This document shows positions 58,516 through 64,000 of a stretch of 64,000 nucleotides of DNA, in pieces (the stretch's first letter is position 1; every line of letters starts with the position of its first letter). Origin of the DNA: Burkholderiales bacterium (lineage in GTDB: Bacteria > Pseudomonadota > Gammaproteobacteria > Burkholderiales > JAHFRG01); assembly GCA_036522275.1 (NCBI GenBank), contig DATDGC010000003.1:5214-69213 (forward strand), given 5' to 3'. The position numbers and the translations under genes were made by a program. The notes under the pieces were generated by a model. The model ran no database searches, was not told the origin of the DNA, and saw nothing but the letters and a program-made list of their open reading frames with translations.

Positions 58516-59514
58516 ATGAGCACCATGAAAAATCCCACCAAGCCTGCGCTGCCGAAAGCGCTCACTCTGGCGCGGCAAGTGCTGGAAATCGAAGCGCGCG
58601 GCATCACTGCTTTAATCGAGCGGCTGGATCACCATTTTGCGCGCGCAGTGGAGTTGATGCTGCAATGCCGTGGACGGGTAGTGGTCAGCGGGATTGGCAA
58701 ATCCGGCCACATCGCGCGCAAAATCGCATCTACCTTGGCAAGCACGGGCACACCCGCGTTTTTTGTGCATCCCGCGGAAGCGAGTCACGGCGACCTGGGA
58801 ATGATCACCCGCGACGATGTGATGATCGCGCTTTCCAATTCCGGAGAAAGTGCCGAGCTTCTCACCATCGTGCCGCTCATCAAGCGTCAGGGCGCGAAAC
58901 TTATTTCTGTTACCGGCAATTCCAAATCCACGCTCGCGGTCGAAGCCGACGTACACCTCGATGCCGCTGTGGCCGAGGAAGCCTGCCCGCTGGGGCTTGC
59001 GCCTACCGCCAGCACCACCGCCGCCTTGGCGTTGGGCGATGCGTTGGCGGTGGCGCTCCTCGATGCACGGGGGTTCGGCGCCGATGATTTTGCACGCTCG
59101 CACCCCGGGGGGATGCTTGGTAGAAAACTGCTAACCCACGTGGGCGATGTGATGCGCACCGGAGCGGCCTTGCCGGTCGTGCCTGAAAGTGCTTCGCTGT
59201 TGCAGGCGATTCTGGAAATATCGAAAAAAGGCATGGGCATGACTGCGGTAGTCAATTCACGGCAACAAGTGGTCGGCATTTTTACCGATGGCGATTTGCG
59301 CCGCGCTCTGGACAAAATCACGGATTTGCGTGCGGCCATGGTGGCACAAGTCATGACGCGCGGCCCGCGCACCATCAGCGCCGACCGTCTGGCCGTGGAA
59401 GCAGTGCAAATGATGGAAGAGTACAAGATAAACCAGCTGTTGGTGGTGGACGCGGAGCAGAGCTTGAACGGCGCGCTCAATATGCATGACCTGTTCCGCG
59501 CCAAAGTCATTTGA
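58516..59514 (+). CDS. kdsD: Arabinose-5-phosphate isomerase (SIS plus 2 CBS)
   Basis: Colinear with E. coli KdsD: GRVVVSGIGKSGHIARKIASTLASTGTPAFFVHPAEASHGDLGM, and CPLGLAPTASTTAALALGDALAV. Confidence 0.93.
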   Translation: MSTMKNPTKPALPKALTLARQVLEIEARGITALIERLDHHFARAVELMLQCRGRVVVSGIGKSGHIARKIASTLASTGTPAFFVHPAEASHGDLGMITRDDVMIALSNSGESAELLTIVPLIKRQGAKLISVTGNSKSTLAVEADVHLDAAVAEEACPLGLAPTASTTAALALGDALAVALLDARGFGADDFARSHPGGMLGRKLLTHVGDVMRTGAALPVVPESASLLQAILEISKKGMGMTAVVNSRQQVVGIFTDGDLRRALDKITDLRAAMVAQVMTRGPRTISADRLAVEAVQMMEEYKINQLLVVDAEQSLNGALNMHDLFRAKVI

Positions 59515-59544
59515 CGGGCCATCAGAAACCATCGATTTCTTAAC

Positions 59545-60069
59545 ATGCAGGACGTGTTTGAAAAAGCCAAACGCATCCGCCTCGCGATTTTCGACGTGGA
59601 TGGCGTGCTCACCGACGGCAGCCTGTATATCTCGGACAGCGGTGAAGAGTACAAGGCCTTCAACACGCTCGATGGCCATGGCATGCGCATGCTCAAGCAA
59701 AGCGGCGTGGAGCTTGTCATCGTCACCGGCAGGACTTCGCGCTGCGTGGAAATGCGCGCGCAAAATCTCGGCATCGGGCTACTCTATCAGGGCGTTGATG
59801 ACAAGCTTGAGGTTTACTTCTCCCTGCTCGCGAAATTTGGGTTTGCCGCCGAAGCCACGGCTTTCATCGGCGATGACGTAGTGGACCTGCCGGTGATGCG
59901 TCGCTGTGGTCTTGCCATATGCGTGCCCGATTCGCCGGCGCTGGTCAAGCAGCACTCACATTACGTCACGCAACTGCCGGGCGGATGCGGAGCGGTGCGC
60001 GAAATCTGCGAGCTCATCATGCAGGCGCAAGGGACTTTCGAGGCGCAAATGTCGCGCTATCTGAAATGA
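59545..60069 (+). CDS. kdsC: KDO 8-phosphate phosphatase
   Basis: 174 aa, HAD family, with FDVDGVLTDGSLY. Confidence 0.92.
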   Translation: MQDVFEKAKRIRLAIFDVDGVLTDGSLYISDSGEEYKAFNTLDGHGMRMLKQSGVELVIVTGRTSRCVEMRAQNLGIGLLYQGVDDKLEVYFSLLAKFGFAAEATAFIGDDVVDLPVMRRCGLAICVPDSPALVKQHSHYVTQLPGGCGAVREICELIMQAQGTFEAQMSRYLK

Positions 60070-60638
60070 ACAGCCGCCTGCTCATATGGGCGCCGTTGCT
60101 GATGTTGCTGCTGCTCGCGACATTGACCTGGTGGCTCGACAGCAAAGTGCAGCCCCTCACCCCGAAGCGCGACGGCAGCAGCCGCCACGACCCCGACTAC
60201 ATCGTGGAAAACTTTACCGTCACCCGCATGAGCGAGGATGGAATGCCACGCTACATCCTCACCGCAAAAAAAATGGTGCATTATCCGGATGACGACACCA
60301 CGCACCTGGAAAGTCCGGTGTTCCGACATATCGAAGGCGGCAAGCCGGAAATCAACATTACCGCAAACCACGGGCTGCTCACCAGCGGGAGCGAGGATGC
60401 CTATTTCACAGGAGATGTCAAAGTTGTGCGCGAAGCGCGCGACAATAATCCGGAACTCAAGGCCTTTACCAGTTTTCTACATGTCATCCCCGATCAGGAC
60501 CTGGCGAAGACCGACAAGCCGGTGACATTGACCGACCCGCATAGCATCGTCACCGCAGTTGGCTTAGAATTGAACAACGATACGCGAGTGCTTAAATTGC
60601 TATCCAATGTTAAAGGACATTATGACAACCCCAGGTAA
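60066..60638 (+). CDS. lptC: LPS export protein LptC
   Basis: MNSRLLIWAPLLMLLLLATLTWWL anchor followed by an OstA-like fold. The ATG overlaps the kdsC stop (ATGA). The track start at 59919 is inside kdsC. Confidence 0.85.
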   Translation: MNSRLLIWAPLLMLLLLATLTWWLDSKVQPLTPKRDGSSRHDPDYIVENFTVTRMSEDGMPRYILTAKKMVHYPDDDTTHLESPVFRHIEGGKPEINITANHGLLTSGSEDAYFTGDVKVVREARDNNPELKAFTSFLHVIPDQDLAKTDKPVTLTDPHSIVTAVGLELNNDTRVLKLLSNVKGHYDNPR

Positions 60639-61212
60639 GGCCGGCCACCTGTTGCAATGGGTACTTAGCGCCTTGCTGGTCTGTACGCCCGCGCTTGCTG
60701 AGCGCGCCGACCGCGGCAAACCGGTCAATGTCGAGGCAGATCAAGTCAACGTGGATGACACCAAAAAGGTGAGCGTGTTTGAAGGCAACGTGGTGCTCAC
60801 CCAAGGCACCATCGTCATCCACGCCAGCAAAATGATCGTGCGCCAGGATGCGGAAGGTTTCAATTCCGGCATCGCGTACGGCAATCTCGCGACTTTCCGC
60901 CAAAAAATGGAGGGCGCTGACGAGTACATCGAAGGCGAGGCGGAGCGCATTGAATACGACGGCAAGAAGGAGAAACTGGAGCTGTTCACCAACGCCCACG
61001 TTAAACGCGGCCAGGATGAATTGCGCGGCAATTATATTTCCTATAATGCGGTAACCGAATTTTACCAGGCGTTAAGCGGCAAGCAGCCCGCCAACGGCGG
61101 CCGGGTGCACGCAGTGATCCAGCCCAAGGAAAAAAACGCCAAATCCACTTCGCCTGCTCCCTCGGCAAGGCTGAAACCTTCTTCCAACATTACTAATCCA
61201 CCCAAGGAATAA
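60622..61212 (+). CDS. lptA: LPS export periplasmic protein LptA
   Basis: Signal peptide ending PALA, then an OstA N-terminal domain ([29 protein letters not shown]). Confidence 0.88.
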   Translation: MTTPGKAGHLLQWVLSALLVCTPALAERADRGKPVNVEADQVNVDDTKKVSVFEGNVVLTQGTIVIHASKMIVRQDAEGFNSGIAYGNLATFRQKMEGADEYIEGEAERIEYDGKKEKLELFTNAHVKRGQDELRGNYISYNAVTEFYQALSGKQPANGGRVHAVIQPKEKNAKSTSPAPSARLKPSSNITNPPKE

Positions 61213-61267
61213 ACGGCTCAAAGACGGTGGTGAAAACCGGCCTTGCGTTGACTATTGGCTACTGGAA

Positions 61268-61990
61268 ATGAGTGAACTTAAAGCACAAGGACTTAAAAAG
61301 CGCTATAAATCTCGCACCGTAGTGCGCGATGTCTCGCTGGAAGTAAGCAACGGCGAAGTAATCGGTTTGCTGGGCCCCAATGGCGCCGGCAAGACCACCT
61401 GCTTTTACATGATGGTGGGCCTGGTGGCTCTGGATGGCGGCAGCATTATGCTCGATGAGCGCAATTTGAGCCATATGCCGATCCACCGTCGCGCTCGTTT
61501 GGGTTTGAGCTACTTGCCGCAGGAAGCCTCGATTTTCCGCAGGATGACGGTGGCGGAAAATATTCAAGCGGTGCTGGAATTGCAGAATTTCCAGTACGAC
61601 GAAATCCAGAACCGTCTTGACGATTTGCTGCACGACCTGCATATCAGCCATTTACGCAACAACCCCGCCCTCTCCCTCTCCGGCGGCGAACGGCGGCGCG
61701 TCGAAATCGCCCGGGCATTAGCTTCCCAGCCGCGCTTTATCCTGCTCGACGAACCTTTCGCCGGAATTGACCCCATCGCAGTGCTGGATATCCAGAAAAT
61801 CATCGGCTTTCTGAAGGAAAAAGGCATCGGCGTGCTGATCACAGACCACAACGTACGCGAAACCCTGGGGATTTGTGACCGCGCCTACATCATCAACGAC
61901 GGCTCAGTGCTCGCCTACGGCAAACCCGAAGAAATCGTTTATAATGAAAGTGTGAGAAAAGTGTATTTAGGCGAACATTTTCAGTTATAA
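61268..61990 (+). CDS. lptB: LPS export ABC transporter ATP-binding protein LptB
   Basis: 240 aa with [24 protein letters not shown] and [12 protein letters not shown]. Confidence 0.95.
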   Translation: MSELKAQGLKKRYKSRTVVRDVSLEVSNGEVIGLLGPNGAGKTTCFYMMVGLVALDGGSIMLDERNLSHMPIHRRARLGLSYLPQEASIFRRMTVAENIQAVLELQNFQYDEIQNRLDDLLHDLHISHLRNNPALSLSGGERRRVEIARALASQPRFILLDEPFAGIDPIAVLDIQKIIGFLKEKGIGVLITDHNVRETLGICDRAYIINDGSVLAYGKPEEIVYNESVRKVYLGEHFQL

Positions 61991-62061
61991 ACAAGCGGTT
62001 GCGGGTTATGACGCCATCTTTAAAACACAGCCCACAATAAAAAACACGAAATCTCAAGAGA

Positions 62062-63510
62062 ATGAAGCACACCCTACAGCTCAAGCTGTCGCAGCATCTG
62101 ACGCTGACGCCGCAACTTCAACTATCCATACGTCTATTGCAACTCTCAACCCTGGAGCTTAACCAGGAATTGGAACGCTTCCTCCAGGAAAACCCCCTGC
62201 TCGAGCGCGATGATGAGGTGGGCGAAGAAGCGGCACCGCTGCTTTCAGGCAGCGTCAACACCAGCCCCCATGACGAGCCGACTGCAAGTGAGCCAACAGA
62301 AAAAAACTCTCCCGAAGCCGCGCCCGGCGTCGCTGACATGGTAGAAGGCGTCTGGCTTGAAGGCGCGGGTTCCTACAGCGCGCGCGACGAAACTGAGGAA
62401 AGCGAATACCCGCAGCTTGCTGCGGTTGAGCCCACCTTGCGCGAGCATCTCAATTGGCAGCTCAATCTCACCAACTTCGCTGAGCGCGACAAAAGACTGA
62501 TATCGCTTTTGATTGACGCACTCGATGAAGACGGCTGCCTGACACAGCCACTGGAGGAGCTCGCCGCGCTGCTGCCCGAAGAGCTCAGCGTAAGCGCGGA
62601 AGAACTGCAAATCGCGTTGAAGCATCTGCAGAAACTGGAGCCGCCGGGCGTGGGCGCGCGCGATCTCGGCGAGTGCCTGGCGCTGCAACTGGAAGCCCTG
62701 CCCGAAGATACTCCGTTCCGGGCGGAAGCTCTCATAATCGTCACGCAACATCTGGACAGCCTGGCTGCGCGCGATTTCGGTAAGCTCAAAAAACTTCTGC
62801 ATTGCGATGATCCCACGCTGCGCCAGGTGCAGCACCTCATCACCAGCCTCAACCCCCGTCCGGGCGCGGATTTCACCGTGCTTGAGACGCGTTATATCAT
62901 GCCCGATGTCGTGGTCAAGAAAGTCAAAGGCGTATGGGTGGCGAGCCTCAATGCGGAAGCCATGCCCAAACTTCGAGTAAACCGCATGTACGCGGACATC
63001 TTGCACCGCAACCGCGACTCCAGCTTCCAGCAGCTCGCCAGCCAGCTGCAGGAAGCGAAATGGATGATCAAAAACGTGCAGCAGCGCTTCGATACCATCC
63101 TGCGCGTGTCGCAAGCGATTGTTGACCGCCAGCGCCATTTCTTCGAGCACGGCGATGTGGCTATGCGTCCCTTAGTGCTGCGCGAGATCGCTGAGACGCT
63201 GGACCTGCACGAATCCACCGTATCCCGCGTGACCACACAAAAATACATGCTCACGCCACGCGGCGTTTACGAGCTGAAATACTTCTTCGGCAGCCATGTC
63301 ACCACCGATACCGGAGGTGCCTGTTCCGCCACCGCGATCCGTGCGCTCATCAAGCAGCTGGTAGCCGCAGAAAATCCGAGAAAACCGCTTTCCGACAGCC
63401 AGATTTCAGAAATCCTCGGGCAGCAAGGAATCGTTGTCGCCCGCCGCACCATCGCCAAGTACCGTGAAGCTTTGCAGATATCCCCCGTCAGCCTGCGTAA
63501 AGCTCTGTGA
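62062..63510 (+). CDS. rpoN: RNA polymerase sigma-54 factor
   Basis: 482 aa with a Gln/Leu-rich region I (LKLSQHLTLTPQLQLSIRLLQLS), an acidic region II and the RpoN box ARRTIAKYRE. Confidence 0.96.
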   Translation: MKHTLQLKLSQHLTLTPQLQLSIRLLQLSTLELNQELERFLQENPLLERDDEVGEEAAPLLSGSVNTSPHDEPTASEPTEKNSPEAAPGVADMVEGVWLEGAGSYSARDETEESEYPQLAAVEPTLREHLNWQLNLTNFAERDKRLISLLIDALDEDGCLTQPLEELAALLPEELSVSAEELQIALKHLQKLEPPGVGARDLGECLALQLEALPEDTPFRAEALIIVTQHLDSLAARDFGKLKKLLHCDDPTLRQVQHLITSLNPRPGADFTVLETRYIMPDVVVKKVKGVWVASLNAEAMPKLRVNRMYADILHRNRDSSFQQLASQLQEAKWMIKNVQQRFDTILRVSQAIVDRQRHFFEHGDVAMRPLVLREIAETLDLHESTVSRVTTQKYMLTPRGVYELKYFFGSHVTTDTGGACSATAIRALIKQLVAAENPRKPLSDSQISEILGQQGIVVARRTIAKYREALQISPVSLRKAL

Positions 63511-63532
63511 TAAGAGCCTCTAAGGAGATCAG

Positions 63533-63856
63533 ATGAACCTCAATCTCAGCGGACATCACCTGGAAATCACCCCGGCAATCCGTGATTACATCACTTCCAA
63601 GTTGAACCGAATCACACGCCACTTTGACCATGTGATTGACGTCAACGTGATTCTTTCGGTGGAAAAGCTGAAACAGAAAATCGAGGTCAGCGTGCACGTG
63701 CGCGGCAGGGACATCTTCGTCGAGTGCGACGATGCCGACATGTACGCGGCGATTGATATGCTGGAGGACAAGCTCGACCGGCAAATCCTCAAACACAAGG
63801 AAAAAGGCTCCGGCCACCGCCACAACGGCGCGCTCAAGCACCAGCCCAATGACTAA
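63533..63856 (+). CDS. hpf: Ribosome hibernation promoting factor (short HPF/YhbH type)
   Basis: 107 aa beginning MNLNLSGHHLEITPAIRDYITSKL. Its TAA stop is the first triplet of repeat unit C. Confidence 0.93.
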   Translation: MNLNLSGHHLEITPAIRDYITSKLNRITRHFDHVIDVNVILSVEKLKQKIEVSVHVRGRDIFVECDDADMYAAIDMLEDKLDRQILKHKEKGSGHRHNGALKHQPND

Positions 63857-64000
63857 GGAACCCCTGATTAAGTCCTCCGCGGAGCGCGTTTCTGGCGCAA
63901 TGCGGATGATTGCGAGGCGCGCGACGAAGGTGCCTAGCCGTAGCTTAAGCACGAGGAGCGCAACGATGCAAGCGCCGCATTGCGCCGAAACCCGGTCGGG
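63854..64000 (+). repeat. Repeat unit C of the TA(A/G)GGAACC family (runs to or past the window edge)
   Basis: TAAGGAACCCCTGATTAAGTCCTCCGCG, then a 17-bp helix (63888-63905 pairs with 63975-63991, one bulge) around a core that shares TGCGAGGCGCGCGACGAAGG and GAGGAGCGCAACGA with unit L. Confidence 0.8.

Overview
The window looks like a chromosomal segment of a moderately GC-rich proteobacterium. The synteny is betaproteobacteria-like: murA-hisGDCBHAFIE-hinT-tatABC, and petABC-sspAB. Taxon is inferred from gene order only.

Most of the window is conserved core:
- A CHASE2 Ser/Thr kinase, PP2C phosphatase and FHA-protein operon at the left edge.
- TerC, formate-THF ligase, a two-subunit NAD-type formate dehydrogenase, sucCD, maeB and tRNA-Thr.
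- sspAB, cytochrome bc1 and a DegS-like protease.
- tatABC, the whole his operon and murA-ibaG.
- An ABC-2 exporter, mlaFEDCB, then kdsDC-lptCAB-rpoN-hpf at the right edge.

The accessory part is about 37.2-58.4 kb, between mlaF and kdsD:
- An MSHA-like type IV pilus locus: sigma-54 response regulator, MshM/L/N/E/G-like genes, three poorly assignable envelope genes and two paralogous minor pilins.
- A convergent polytopic histidine kinase.
- An ABC ATPase and an ABC-2-like permease that lie on opposite sides of the pilus locus.
- A remote pilin gene with a good sigma-54 promoter.
- A CPA2 antiporter.

The least expected signal is a repeat family of about 140 bp structured units. There are four units at three loci. 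All start TA(A/G)GGAACC, and their helix arms covary between copies. One copy has its core inverted. Two copies supply the stop codon of the upstream gene.

No CRISPR array, prophage or obvious defence system was seen. All calls come from reading the sequence and the ORF track. Coordinates of non-ORF features may be off by 1-2 nt.
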